A stretch of 64,000 nucleotides of DNA, taken from contig OZ255726.1 in the NCBI GenBank assembly GCA_965277405.1, positions 160,001-224,000 on the forward strand, read 5' to 3'. Within the stretch, counting starts at the first letter, position 1; each line of letters begins with the position of its first letter. The notes under the pieces are model-generated. The model was not told the origin of the DNA and made no database searches. It was given only the letters and a program-made list of their open reading frames with translations. A program made the position numbers and the translations under genes. The DNA comes from Gammaproteobacteria bacterium. Its GTDB lineage: Bacteria; Pseudomonadota; Gammaproteobacteria; G965277405. Shown in pieces: positions 1 through 9,379 of the stretch.

Positions 1-357
1 TATGTATTGCTGTACGGCAATGCCCCCGATGACAACTTAAAACGCAAAGCTGGTAATTTTACCCAACGCATTGCTGGTGTCCGCAAATTATTTAATCAAA
101 TTACTATTGGCAATCGCCGTTTTCCTGACTCACCACTCGATGATTTTATTACTGCTGGTCAAATCGAAAAGCGCCTATTATTTAGCAAAATTGCTACGAC
201 TAATGTGCGCTATGTAGTCTATGACGACAGCATTTATTTACTCGGCCTAGTCAGACGGAGCAACGCCATATCATTGCTACAAAAACTTCAAGAACTCAAA
301 CAAATTCGTTACATTTATACCATGTTTGAATACATCATAGAAACCGAAGAACAATGA
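1..357 (+). CDS. BON-domain lipoprotein (DolP/YraP-like), 5'-truncated by window edge
   Basis: Two BON-like segments (GVRKLFNQITIG; DDFITAGQIEKRLL...VYDDSIYLLGLV); frame open to window start. Confidence 0.6.
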   Translation, partial: YVLLYGNAPDDNLKRKAGNFTQRIAGVRKLFNQITIGNRRFPDSPLDDFITAGQIEKRLLFSKIATTNVRYVVYDDSIYLLGLVRRSNAISLLQKLQELKQIRYIYTMFEYIIETEEQ

Positions 358-1442
358 GAAAATACATTATATCATTCTGTATTTTAGTGTCTGTATCCCA
401 ACCGCTTGTTGCAAATACCAAACAACAATTGATGCGAACACTTGATGAAATACATAAAAAACAACAACAGTTTGACAATACCCAACAGTCTAAAAATACA
501 GCACTGCAAGCCATCCAGAGCATAGAAAAAAAAATTGCAACCGCGCAAAAACAAGTAAAGCAACTGCGTATGCAAGGAAAAAAACAAATATTCCGCGCCA
601 CAGAAATACAAGATTTATTGTTTCAATCAAAACAAAAAATAGCGTTACACATTGATCAAATTCTTGATATCACGCTGCTTATGTACATACAACAACAAAA
701 ATCACCACTGCGACTACTCTTCAATAGCGACGACACCCAAGATTGGCAGCGCAACCTAGAATATCTCAAATACTTTCAAAAATATCAGCTGCAACAACTT
801 ACAAAATTTAATAACCTCAGTGCGCAAAACAGAGCACTTAGCAATGAACAAGTAAAAGCCAAAAAGTTATCAACCTTGCAACAAACCAACCTAAAAAGAT
901 CACTGCTAACCCTGAACCAACAGCTGAAAGAACGCAAATCATTGCTGGCAACATTGAGCAATCGTCAATTAGAAACAAGCAAGCAACTCAAACAGCTGCA
1001 CGCATTTGTCAACAAATTTGATAGCGCATCTGTCCAAAAATTAACCAGAAAAGCCAACCCTTCTTTGCATAAATTTCGCGGAAAAATACCATGGCCTATG
1101 AACAACAAAGCAATTATCAGCACCGACATGCATGGTAAAGGAATCTATATTTATAGCAAACTGCAGCAACCTGTTGTCGCCGTTGCTGATGCGACAGTTC
1201 TGTATGCCGACTGGGTTAAAAATCTTGGCTTAATGGTGGTACTCGATCATGGCAGTGGGTTTTTAAGCGTGTATGCACACAATGGCACCGTCAATGTGGC
1301 AGCAGGCGACACTGTGAAAGTTGGAAAAAAAATAGCAACAGTTGGCGATACAGGAGGTAAAGCAAAACCCGTGTTATATTTTGAACTTTACAAAAAAAAT
1401 CAAAACATTACCTTACGCAAATGGATGAAACCAATCACATAA
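354..1442 (+). CDS. envC: Murein hydrolase activator EnvC-like (coiled coil + M23/LytM domain)
   Basis: Signal peptide, long Q/K-rich coiled coil, C-terminal M23 domain (VVLDHGSGFLSVYAHN...GDTGG...LYFEL) with degenerate metal site as in EnvC. Confidence 0.75.
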   Translation: MRKYIISFCILVSVSQPLVANTKQQLMRTLDEIHKKQQQFDNTQQSKNTALQAIQSIEKKIATAQKQVKQLRMQGKKQIFRATEIQDLLFQSKQKIALHIDQILDITLLMYIQQQKSPLRLLFNSDDTQDWQRNLEYLKYFQKYQLQQLTKFNNLSAQNRALSNEQVKAKKLSTLQQTNLKRSLLTLNQQLKERKSLLATLSNRQLETSKQLKQLHAFVNKFDSASVQKLTRKANPSLHKFRGKIPWPMNNKAIISTDMHGKGIYIYSKLQQPVVAVADATVLYADWVKNLGLMVVLDHGSGFLSVYAHNGTVNVAAGDTVKVGKKIATVGDTGGKAKPVLYFELYKKNQNITLRKWMKPIT

Positions 1443-1468
1443 TATCAATTTTGATTCAGCGCGTTTTT

Positions 1469-1876
1469 CTAGCCAAAGTTGCGCTCGCTATCCTCACGCA
1501 ATAGCTTTGCTTCTGCTGATAATGTCGCCGTAGGTCTCACTAACAAACGAGGAATACCAATTGGCTCGCCAGTTTCTTCACAATAGCCATATCCTTTACG
1601 GTTAATCCGCGTCAAAGATTTGTCAATTTTTCGCAATAACTGTGTTTCACGCTCAATAATACGAAACTGCAGCCGGCTATCTTCTTCCATTTGTGCCTTA
1701 TCCAATTCGTCATTCTCACGCGTAAACGTGCCCAACGCTAGCCGCGCACTTCCCAAGTTTTCAGTCACCTGCTGTTTTTGTTCTAATAGCATGTTTTTGA
1801 AGAAATCCAGCTGTTCATCATTCATATAATCTCGTTTTGGCGCTTTTTTAATTTGATCAACAGAAAGCATATTCAT
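1469..1876 (-). CDS. dksA: RNA polymerase-binding transcription factor DksA (single-Cys, zinc-independent type)
   Basis: YMNDEQLDFFK N-terminus, DxxDxA tip (DELDKA), YGYCEETGEPIG...RPTATLSAEA; start placed at ATG 1876. Confidence 0.9.
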   Translation of the reverse strand: MNMLSVDQIKKAPKRDYMNDEQLDFFKNMLLEQKQQVTENLGSARLALGTFTRENDELDKAQMEEDSRLQFRIIERETQLLRKIDKSLTRINRKGYGYCEETGEPIGIPRLLVRPTATLSAEAKLLREDSERNFG

Positions 1877-1995
1877 CCTAAAATGTATAGTGTGAAACGC
1901 AGCTAACACTACGCAAGTAAAAAAAATCAGCATACTAATACCCAAACAATGGTTGAGTTAAGTTAATTTGACTATTAGTTAATGTGACTATTAAT

Positions 1996-2053
1996 TGTAA
2001 CAATATAACTTATTACATGGGGCGTGGTGGCGCGTTATTGTAACAATGTAACT
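1996..2053. promoter_or_regulatory. Two Zur-box-like sites upstream of dksA within a ~43-bp tandem duplication
   Basis: TGTAACAATATAACT (1996-2010) and TGTAACAATGTAACT (2039-2053) resemble the GTTATAnTATAAC-type Zur operator. Confidence 0.45.
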
Positions 2054-2111
2054 TATATAGAGCGTGGTATCGCGTTGCTGACTAAAATCTTCTGTTTATA
2101 CAATGCCCTAA

Positions 2112-2242
2112 GTGTAAATTGCTACGGAGGTTGTGTTGCATCCCTTGGCGTATAGCTAGGTCATGCGCTTAGCGGTTTGTGCCTTGCAATCATCAGCAAT
2201 TGCCATCAAACTCGCGCCATCAGCGAGTTAATCAGAGCTTTC
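2112..2242 (+). mobile_element. Chimeric remnant: left IR of MITE-B fused to right half of MITE-A
   Basis: GTGTAAATTGCTACGGAGGTTG matches IR at 40106; 2132-2242 matches right half of 2247-2532. Confidence 0.75.
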
Positions 2243-2246
2243 CTAA

Positions 2247-2532
2247 GGAAGCTCTGATTAAGTCCATGATGGGCGAGACGGAGAAAAAACGCTGATGATA
2301 ACTAGACGCAGTGCGCAGATAATTCTGGTGGTATTATCAAGTGCTGCAACGACGTTAGCGCAGCGTTTTTTCCCGGCCTTCTATTGAATATATGATGGTT
2401 TGCCTACAAGCGGTACTTGCTGTGTTACATCCCTTGGCGTATATGCTACGGCATGCGCTTAGCGGTTTGCGCCTTGCAATCATCAGCAATTGCAGGCAAA
2501 CTCGCTCCATCAGCGACTTAATCAGAGCTTCC
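2247..2532 (+). mobile_element. MITE-A full copy (IS5-type TIRs, CTAA target duplication)
   Basis: GGAAGCTCTGATTAAGTC...GACTTAATCAGAGCTTCC; CTAA at 2243-2246 and 2533-2536. Confidence 0.92.
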
Positions 2533-3676
2533 CTAACCGCTTGAGCAGCGCAAGATGAATGTTTGGCAAATTACTCAATTCTTCCATATGGATGCGTTCA
2601 TCAACCTGGTGGTTATAGGCAACAACAGGTCCAAGCTCGAGTAATTGGTCACAAATATCAATCAAAAATCGCCCGTCACTGGTGCCACCGCATGTAGTAA
2701 ATTCTGGCTCAAAACCCATAACACTTTGAATTGACTCGCGTAATGATTGACGCAGTAGCCCATCTGGACTGACAAATGGCCGCCCTGAGGACTGGTAAGC
2801 AAGGTCATACTCACAGTCACAGCTATCGAGTATTTTTCGGACATATTGCCAGATTGTTTCATCAGTAAAATCTGTTGAATAGCGGACATTACACGCAGCC
2901 TCCATCGTGGCGGGAATCACATTCACAGCCCCTGCATCGCTATGGCAATTTACCCATTGAAAAGTAGAAACAGGAAATGATTTGTTAGCACTGCCCCAGT
3001 CTGCTTGTTGCAGCGCAGTCATTGCAACCATTGCTGTATGAATAGGGTTTTTTACATATTCAGGGTAGGCAGCGTGACCCTGCCTGCCTTTAAATGTAAC
3101 CCAGCCAGTCGTTGAACCACGCCGACCAATACGCACACGATCACCACTGTTGGCACGTGAAGATGGTTCAGCAATCACGCAATAGTCAATACGAACACCC
3201 TTCTTTGCAAGTTGCTGCACTGGATATTGGCTACCATGAGCGCTGCCAACTTCTTCGTCACTGGTTAGCAGCAGTGCAATGTTTAATGCTGTGTCAGGGT
3301 GTTGTTCAAGATACGCCTCAATCCCCACGACCGCGCAGGCGATGCTCGCTTTCATATCGCCTGCACCACGTCCGTATAAACAACCTGCGTGGACTGTTGG
3401 CTCAAATGGTGGATATTTCCATTTACTCACATCACCAGGCGGCACGACATCGGTATGCCCAGCATAGCATAGCAGTGGTGCGCCTTGCCTACCATGGCGA
3501 TACAGCCAAACATTCGTGACATCTCCATCGTTATACCACGTCGCAGCGAAACCATATTTACGCAATCGATCTGCAAGCATTTGCTGACTGCCACAGTCTA
3601 ATGGCGTAACCGAAGGTCGCGCCATTAAGTCACACGCCAACTCAAATGTCGGCTGTGCTAATGTTGTATCTACCAC
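2522..3676 (-). CDS. dapE: Succinyl-diaminopimelate desuccinylase
   Basis: M20 motifs AGHTDVVP, LYGRGAGDMK, TSDEE, GRRGS, GRQGHAAYP, GGTSDGRF; stop codon lies inside MITE TIR. Confidence 0.92.
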   Translation of the reverse strand: MVDTTLAQPTFELACDLMARPSVTPLDCGSQQMLADRLRKYGFAATWYNDGDVTNVWLYRHGRQGAPLLCYAGHTDVVPPGDVSKWKYPPFEPTVHAGCLYGRGAGDMKASIACAVVGIEAYLEQHPDTALNIALLLTSDEEVGSAHGSQYPVQQLAKKGVRIDYCVIAEPSSRANSGDRVRIGRRGSTTGWVTFKGRQGHAAYPEYVKNPIHTAMVAMTALQQADWGSANKSFPVSTFQWVNCHSDAGAVNVIPATMEAACNVRYSTDFTDETIWQYVRKILDSCDCEYDLAYQSSGRPFVSPDGLLRQSLRESIQSVMGFEPEFTTCGGTSDGRFLIDICDQLLELGPVVAYNHQVDERIHMEELSNLPNIHLALLKRLGKL

Positions 3677-3786
3677 GAGTCAATGTCCTATTGAAATAAT
3701 AAAACTATTGCATAACTATTACTGCAATTGTCAACAACATGCATAAAATATTACACTTCATTCACATAATACCACATACGCAGCCT

Positions 3787-4572
3787 ATGTTAACTTTGCC
3801 AAAACTGATTGAAAAAAAGCTTAACCATGAACGCATTGCCGCCATAGCGTTATACGATGCAACGTTGGCACGTATCGCTGAACAAGCAAATACAGATGTC
3901 TTGTTAGTCGGTGACTCACTCGGCATGGTTATCAAAGGTCACACCAGTACCCATGATGTCAGCATTAATGACATGCTCTACCACACCAATGCCGTTGCTC
4001 GTGGCGCACCGCACACGTTTATTATTGCCGACATGCCTTTTGGTTCATTAACAAGTGTCGAACGTTGTGTTGCAGAAGCTGTTGACGTTATCAAAGCAGG
4101 CGCCCACATGGTCAAGCTCGAAGGCGGTGCGTGGCTCAAACCATACGTAGTCCAACTTACCCAATTAGGCATTCCTGTCTGTGGTCATGTCGGCTTAACC
4201 CCGCAATCAATCCATATGCTCGATGGCTATCAGCTGCAAGGCAAGAGTGAAGCATCACAGGAAATACTGCTCCATGACGCTTTTACGCTCGATAGAGCTG
4301 GAATATCGATGATAGTCTTTGAATGTATTCCAAGTGAAATAGCGTGGAATCTCAGCAGAGACCTTGAATGCGCTACCATCGGTATTGGTGCAGGCGCACA
4401 AACAGATGGACAAGTATTAGTCGGCTACGATTTACTCGGCACTCATCCGCAACCACCACGTTTTGTCAAAGATTTTCTTGCGGAAACAAATAGTATTCAA
4501 GCGGCAATGTCGGCATATGTTGCCGCTGTCCATGCAGGAGAATTCCCTACGGATGCGCACAGCTACACATAA
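3787..4572 (+). CDS. panB: 3-methyl-2-oxobutanoate hydroxymethyltransferase
   Basis: LLVGDSLGMV, ADMPFGS, VKLEGG, GHVGLTPQS, IGIGAG, DGQVLV motifs. Confidence 0.95.
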   Translation: MLTLPKLIEKKLNHERIAAIALYDATLARIAEQANTDVLLVGDSLGMVIKGHTSTHDVSINDMLYHTNAVARGAPHTFIIADMPFGSLTSVERCVAEAVDVIKAGAHMVKLEGGAWLKPYVVQLTQLGIPVCGHVGLTPQSIHMLDGYQLQGKSEASQEILLHDAFTLDRAGISMIVFECIPSEIAWNLSRDLECATIGIGAGAQTDGQVLVGYDLLGTHPQPPRFVKDFLAETNSIQAAMSAYVAAVHAGEFPTDAHSYT

Positions 4573-4861
4573 GGAAGCTCTGATTAAGTCCATAATGGGC
4601 GAGACGGAGCAAAAACGCTGATGAAACTTAAGCGCAGCACTTGATAATACTGGTGGTCTTGTGGGTGTTGCCAAGTGCTGCAACGACGGCGCGCAGCGTT
4701 TTCTCCCGTCGTTGTGTTGCATATACTTTGGGTTTGCGGCAATTGCTTACGCTTGCTGTGTTGCATCCATTGGCGTATATGCTACGGCATGCGGTTTGCG
4801 CCTTGCAATCATCAACAATTGCAGGCAAACTCGCCCCAGCAGCGAGTTAATCAAAGATTCC
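4573..4861 (+). mobile_element. MITE-A full copy, begins immediately after panB stop
   Basis: TIRs at both ends; flanks differ (ATAA / TTAG). Confidence 0.9.
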
Positions 4862-5146
4862 TTAGACAAACAACAGCGCACAGTGTCACCACAACTGTAT
4901 CCAACATTACAACAATGCCAACAACAACTCGCAGTTGACGAGCAGCCAGAAATTGTAGAAAATTGAGCACTGCTACAATTACGCAGGCAAGGATTCACTC
5001 CAAAGCAAGTTGCCATGCGCGATTTACAGCTGGCTGCGCCACATCCATCTTGTCAACAACTGATTATTTTAGCCGCTGCGATCATTGGCAAGACCCTCCA
5101 TATTGATAACATTATTGATAACATTGAATGCACGAGGACACTATGA
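4862..5146 (+). pseudogene. panC: Pantothenate synthetase C-terminal remnant
   Basis: Translates LDKQQRTVSPQLYPTL...EN*ALLQLRRQGFTPKQVAMRD...LIILAAAIIGKTLHIDN, matching the PanC C-terminal domain; follows panB; N-terminal two-thirds missing; internal TGA at 4964-4966. Confidence 0.8.
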
Positions 5147-5991
5147 ACACATCTTTTGCGACATCGCTGTATATCTGTCTCCAACACATTGTCCCGCAAC
5201 ACACAATATCACGGGTATTTGGATTACTTGCCAACGCCAGACTGGGAGCAATTTCCCACTGGGTTATTCGTCGCTTCATCAGCGCATATTCGATTGATAT
5301 GTCACAGGCGCAGCAAACTGACCCAACAGCCTTTCATTCGTTTAATGAATTTTTTACCCGTGCGCCAAAACCCCGCACTTTTACAGGCGCAACATGCTAC
5401 GCCCCGACTGATGCCACCATCAGCCAACTCGGACGGATTGATGCCTCACAAACACTCATCCAAGCCAAATGCCACAGCTATCATCTAGAGGCGCTGCTTG
5501 CCAATAGCCATACCCAACCACGGATTGACACCAGGCAATTCAACGGCGGCAACTATGCCACACTGTATTTATCCCCTGCAGATATACATAGAATCTATAT
5601 GCCCATTGCCGGAACACTCCAGACCATGCGCTTTGTCCCAGGAAAACTGTTTGCGGTAAACACCACAACTAGCAATCACGTCGATAATTTATTCGCACGC
5701 AATGAGCGCCTGATATGCATGTTCGACACTGCCATCGGTCCTCTAGCCGTGATTTTTGTTGGCGCGATGATTGTCGGCAGCATGGCAACAAGTTGGGCTG
5801 GTGTCATCCAACCCACACCAAGAGTAATCACTACTACCAAGTATAATATAGACATTGCATGCGGTGCAGATATTGGTCATTTTCAGCTAGGTTCAACGAT
5901 CATATTGTTGACAGGTAGCAAATTCGCCGCTTGGAATACAACATTAACTGCTGGCATGACAATCCGCATTGGCGATGGTATAATTCACTAA
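5143..5991 (+). CDS. psd: Phosphatidylserine decarboxylase proenzyme
   Basis: SFNEFFTR, YLSPADIHRIYMP, LFARNERL, VGAMIVGSM, LGST cleavage motif; ATG overlaps panC stop (ATGA). Confidence 0.93.
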   Translation: MNTSFATSLYICLQHIVPQHTISRVFGLLANARLGAISHWVIRRFISAYSIDMSQAQQTDPTAFHSFNEFFTRAPKPRTFTGATCYAPTDATISQLGRIDASQTLIQAKCHSYHLEALLANSHTQPRIDTRQFNGGNYATLYLSPADIHRIYMPIAGTLQTMRFVPGKLFAVNTTTSNHVDNLFARNERLICMFDTAIGPLAVIFVGAMIVGSMATSWAGVIQPTPRVITTTKYNIDIACGADIGHFQLGSTIILLTGSKFAAWNTTLTAGMTIRIGDGIIH

Positions 5992-6276
5992 GGAACCTCT
6001 GATTAAGTCGCTGATGGAACGAGTTTGATGGCAATTGCTGATGATTGCAAGGCGCATTCCGCAGGCGCATGCCGTAGCATATACGCCAAGGGATGCAACA
6101 CAGCAAGTACCGCTACCATCAAACCCAAAGTATATTCAACAGAAGGACGGGAAAAAACGCTGCGCTAACGTCGTTGCAGCACTTAATAATACCACCAGTA
6201 TTATCTGCGCACTGCGTCTAGTTATCATCAGCGTTTTTTCTCCGTCTCGCCCATCATGGACTTAATCAGAGGTTCA
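5992..6276 (-). mobile_element. MITE-A full copy at psd stop codon
   Basis: TIRs; CTAA duplication at 5988-5991 (contains psd TAA) and 6277-6280. Confidence 0.92.
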
Positions 6277-6311
6277 CTAAACTATGCTGCGCCAAATTAC
6301 GGAATGAATGA

Positions 6312-7079
6312 TTGATGCAATATCTATCTGCAACACTGCTGCGCACACCGATCAGCAAACTTGGGTTAGGCACTGTGAAGTTTGGTCGCAACCAAGATGT
6401 GAAATATCCCAACGCATTTACCATACCAACAGACGCAGACCTGCTCCAATTACTCCAGATTGCCGCAGATAGCGGCATCACCCTCATCGACACAGCAGCA
6501 GCATATGGCAACAGTGAACAGCGCTTGGGTAGCTTACTTCCCCAAGTAGCCAACGATTGGCTGGTGTGCACTAAAGCAGGTGAACGCTACACAAATGGAG
6601 TATCGCATTTTGATTTTAGCCAGCGCGCAATTACCAGCAGTATTGAGCGCAGCTTGGGGCAACTAAAGCGCGACTGCATCGATATTGCCTTGATCCACTC
6701 AAACGGTGATGACGCCCGCATCATCGACGACTATGGGGTGTTTGCGACAATGCAATCGCTGCAACGCAAAGGGCATATTCAAATATTTGGCATGTCAGTT
6801 AAAACACTTGCTGGCGCATTGAAAACTTGCGATGCCGCAGGTGTCGTTATGCTGGAAACCAACCAACTTACACCGCAAGACACCGCGCGACTCAACGCGC
6901 ACCCACAATGGAAAACCACAATTGTCCTCGCTAAAAAAGTGCTCAACAGCGGCCACAATCTCAATATTCACCAAGCATTTTTTCAAGCTAATACTGTTGC
7001 AAACAACGTTTGTATAGTCAACGGTACAATTTCGCCAGCACACTTACGCGCCAACGTCAACGCTATTGCGCAGCTGTGA
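6312..7079 (+). CDS. Aldo/keto reductase family protein
   Basis: LGLGTVKFGRN, IDTAAAYGNSE, TKAGE, SIERSLGQLKRDCIDIALIHS. Confidence 0.85.
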   Translation: MMQYLSATLLRTPISKLGLGTVKFGRNQDVKYPNAFTIPTDADLLQLLQIAADSGITLIDTAAAYGNSEQRLGSLLPQVANDWLVCTKAGERYTNGVSHFDFSQRAITSSIERSLGQLKRDCIDIALIHSNGDDARIIDDYGVFATMQSLQRKGHIQIFGMSVKTLAGALKTCDAAGVVMLETNQLTPQDTARLNAHPQWKTTIVLAKKVLNSGHNLNIHQAFFQANTVANNVCIVNGTISPAHLRANVNAIAQL

Positions 7080-7081
7080 TT

Positions 7082-7544
7082 TTACTCTTGCCTAAATCGT
7101 GACAACGCCAAGTACAGCAACCGCTTCGTTTCGGTTTGGTATTTTACCGTGCTGTGCAAAATAACCCCAGCAAAACCAATCGTTGCGGCAACAATGCCAA
7201 GCCCTGCAGCAAGCACAGCAGTTGGCAGCCGCGGCACTAACCCTGTCTGCAAAAAATGCAGCAACAACTCAGTACCCAACAGCAACGATGCAACAGCAAA
7301 TGCCGCAGCCAGCGCGCCATAAAATATCAGCGGCTTATTACTGCGAATCAGCTCCACAAGCATAAACAATGCGTGGCTGCCGCGGTCCTAGCTGCAACAG
7401 CGTATCGCCTACATAAATCAATGTATATTCAACAACAAAACCAGCAATTCCAGCAATGATGAACACCATGATAATCCTGCGCTTTGCCATCCAGACTCGC
7501 CCATACGCAGATACCTTTTTGCTGACTTGTAATTTACTATACAT
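7082..7544 (-). pseudogene. Deletion remnant: GtrA-like 5' fragment joined out of frame to GT2 glycosyltransferase C-terminus
   Basis: 7082-7369 encodes GLVPRLPTAVLA...G.IL.S...ETKRLLYL typical of membrane GT2 C-termini; 7338-7544 encodes FIIAGIAGFVVEY typical of GtrA N-termini; catalytic GT2 domain absent. Confidence 0.5.
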
Positions 7545-7589
7545 TCGTGTTTATATCGCTATGATTTTTCGGCATTCTTCACAAAACTA

Positions 7590-7880
7590 TTGGCAATGAG
7601 TCTACCCCCAAACGCATATTATCAATACACCATTGCTCGCAGATCGCTACTGCTATGGTTGTTAATCCTGCTGTTTCCGCTTGGTATTGCCATCATGATT
7701 GTGCCAATCATCGCGCCAACTCAATGGTTTGGCATTTCATCGTTGTATTTTTGGTTGCCGTCCATCATGGTCATTATCAGTGGTCTGGCAATATGGTTTT
7801 GCCAACAACAACAGGCAATAGATGCCCGACTTGCGCTGGCGTTATCCAAGCCGTATTTTTCTAAACCATACATGCAATAA
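7590..7880 (+). CDS. Small two-TM membrane protein (DUF485/DUF4212-like symporter partner)
   Basis: Two hydrophobic helices, FGISSLYFW motif, directly upstream of symporter-like gene. Confidence 0.4.
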   Translation: MAMSLPPNAYYQYTIARRSLLLWLLILLFPLGIAIMIVPIIAPTQWFGISSLYFWLPSIMVIISGLAIWFCQQQQAIDARLALALSKPYFSKPYMQ

Positions 7881-7882
7881 CT

Positions 7883-9379
7883 GTGAGTTCCCAGGCACTG
7901 TGTATTATTGCTAGTATTGCACTCATAGCCATTGCTAGGCTCACAGCTGCCAGGTTGGGTATTGCCAACGAATTTATCAATGCCATTGCCATTGGTGCAG
8001 CGTTGCTTTGCATTGCGGTTGCAAACAATGCGGCAGGTCGGCACCGCAACCTCATTGACAATAGTATTGGTTGGGGGTTTTTGTTGTTTGCTCTCTATCA
8101 ACAGGCATTTAATACAGCGGGATATTTGCTATTCGCGATTATCCTTGGCTGCATGCTGGGTTTTCTGCTGCACGTACTGTTGTTTCAGCCGTTGCGCCAT
8201 CAACACGCAACGTCCATACAACTGGTTGGCTATTGGCGCTATCGCTTTGCTTGCGAACGCAGCCCAATCACACTGCAACTAGTGATTGGGGCGATTGCAA
8301 CCGCATTGGCGATTATTGTGATGCAGCAATTGCTGCTGTTGCTGCGCGTTTCGTTTACTGATGTAGCAACCCAATGCACCCTTCTGTTTTTCGCCACGAT
8401 GTTGCTGTGGCAAGTCTGCGGACGTTCCATACCAATAATTGGTTATAGTTTGCTTGGTGTTATCGCAATCATGGGTATTAGCTATGCTGGCTTGCAACTC
8501 CAGTATGCTGCAGTCTTCAGTTTCCCCGCCTCTATAGCTAGTTTTCCCGCCACCACAGCCAGTACTGCAATGTATTTTCAAGCGTTGGTATTGGCGTGTT
8601 GCACAACTATCGTATTGCCGCTGCCATTCATGTTCCAACACCACGCCAATGATGCTGCCTACCCCACAGTCGAAAATACAGACTATCGCAGCGATAAAGA
8701 TGATACAACTGCACTGCCGTGCACGTGGCATGTCATCTTTGCCACCATTGCGATATTGCTGTTGCTAAGCCAGTTACTCCCAATATTGCGTGACACACCA
8801 ACTGCTCAAGCATGGCAAGTCATCCGCACGATTATTGTCTCATTATGTGCATTTATACTGCTGCAGCGATTATTAACCATCATCCATTGGGCAGCATTTG
8901 CGCATATTCATCTCAACACCAAGGCAGTTAGCGATATTCCGCGCATGATTGGCAAGATCCTCTGGGCTGCAATTGTGCTGTTTATTTGCATCGCAGCAAT
9001 CAGCAATACCACCAGCCTTGTGTGGTTTGAATACGCCATGTTCCTTGCAAGCTTTGGGATTTTCCCGGTGATACTGCTCAGCATTACCATCCAGCGTATC
9101 TCACCACACATCTGCGCAGCGGCAGTTATGCTGGCAGTAATTGGCGTTACCATCTGCATGGTGTTAAGCCAAATCGTCCCACCATTCAACTCAAATGCAA
9201 TAGTTACCAGTTTACGGGAATATTATCCGTATTTCTGGCTAGCATTACCAGCATATGTCTTGCTGCTGTATGGCTGCCACATGCCGCTGTATTTAGGCAT
9301 GCGCAAGCAACAACAACCACCACTTACCGAGTTGCATCTCCCGCCACAGGCATGGCAGGCATATGCCGACTATGAGTAA
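7883..9379 (+). CDS. Highly diverged polytopic membrane protein, probable sodium:solute symporter family
   Basis: Many TM segments; C-terminal FPVILLSI..R....A.AA.M..G pattern of SSS family; gene context. Confidence 0.45.
   Translation: MSSQALCIIASIALIAIARLTAARLGIANEFINAIAIGAALLCIAVANNAAGRHRNLIDNSIGWGFLLFALYQQAFNTAGYLLFAIILGCMLGFLLHVLLFQPLRHQHATSIQLVGYWRYRFACERSPITLQLVIGAIATALAIIVMQQLLLLLRVSFTDVATQCTLLFFATMLLWQVCGRSIPIIGYSLLGVIAIMGISYAGLQLQYAAVFSFPASIASFPATTASTAMYFQALVLACCTTIVLPLPFMFQHHANDAAYPTVENTDYRSDKDDTTALPCTWHVIFATIAILLLLSQLLPILRDTPTAQAWQVIRTIIVSLCAFILLQRLLTIIHWAAFAHIHLNTKAVSDIPRMIGKILWAAIVLFICIAAISNTTSLVWFEYAMFLASFGIFPVILLSITIQRISPHICAAAVMLAVIGVTICMVLSQIVPPFNSNAIVTSLREYYPYFWLALPAYVLLLYGCHMPLYLGMRKQQQPPLTELHLPPQAWQAYADYE

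Noticed and set aside
4584-4966. Small ORFs inside MITE copies (e.g. 4584-4766, 6035-6265, 12765-13091, 14182-14478, 49023-49211) as a protein family
   Set aside because: Frames, starts and stops are not conserved between copies; similarity is only a by-product of the repeat
4964-4966. Selenocysteine or readthrough TGA in the panC remnant
   Set aside because: The N-terminal catalytic domain is missing, so ordinary pseudogene decay is sufficient
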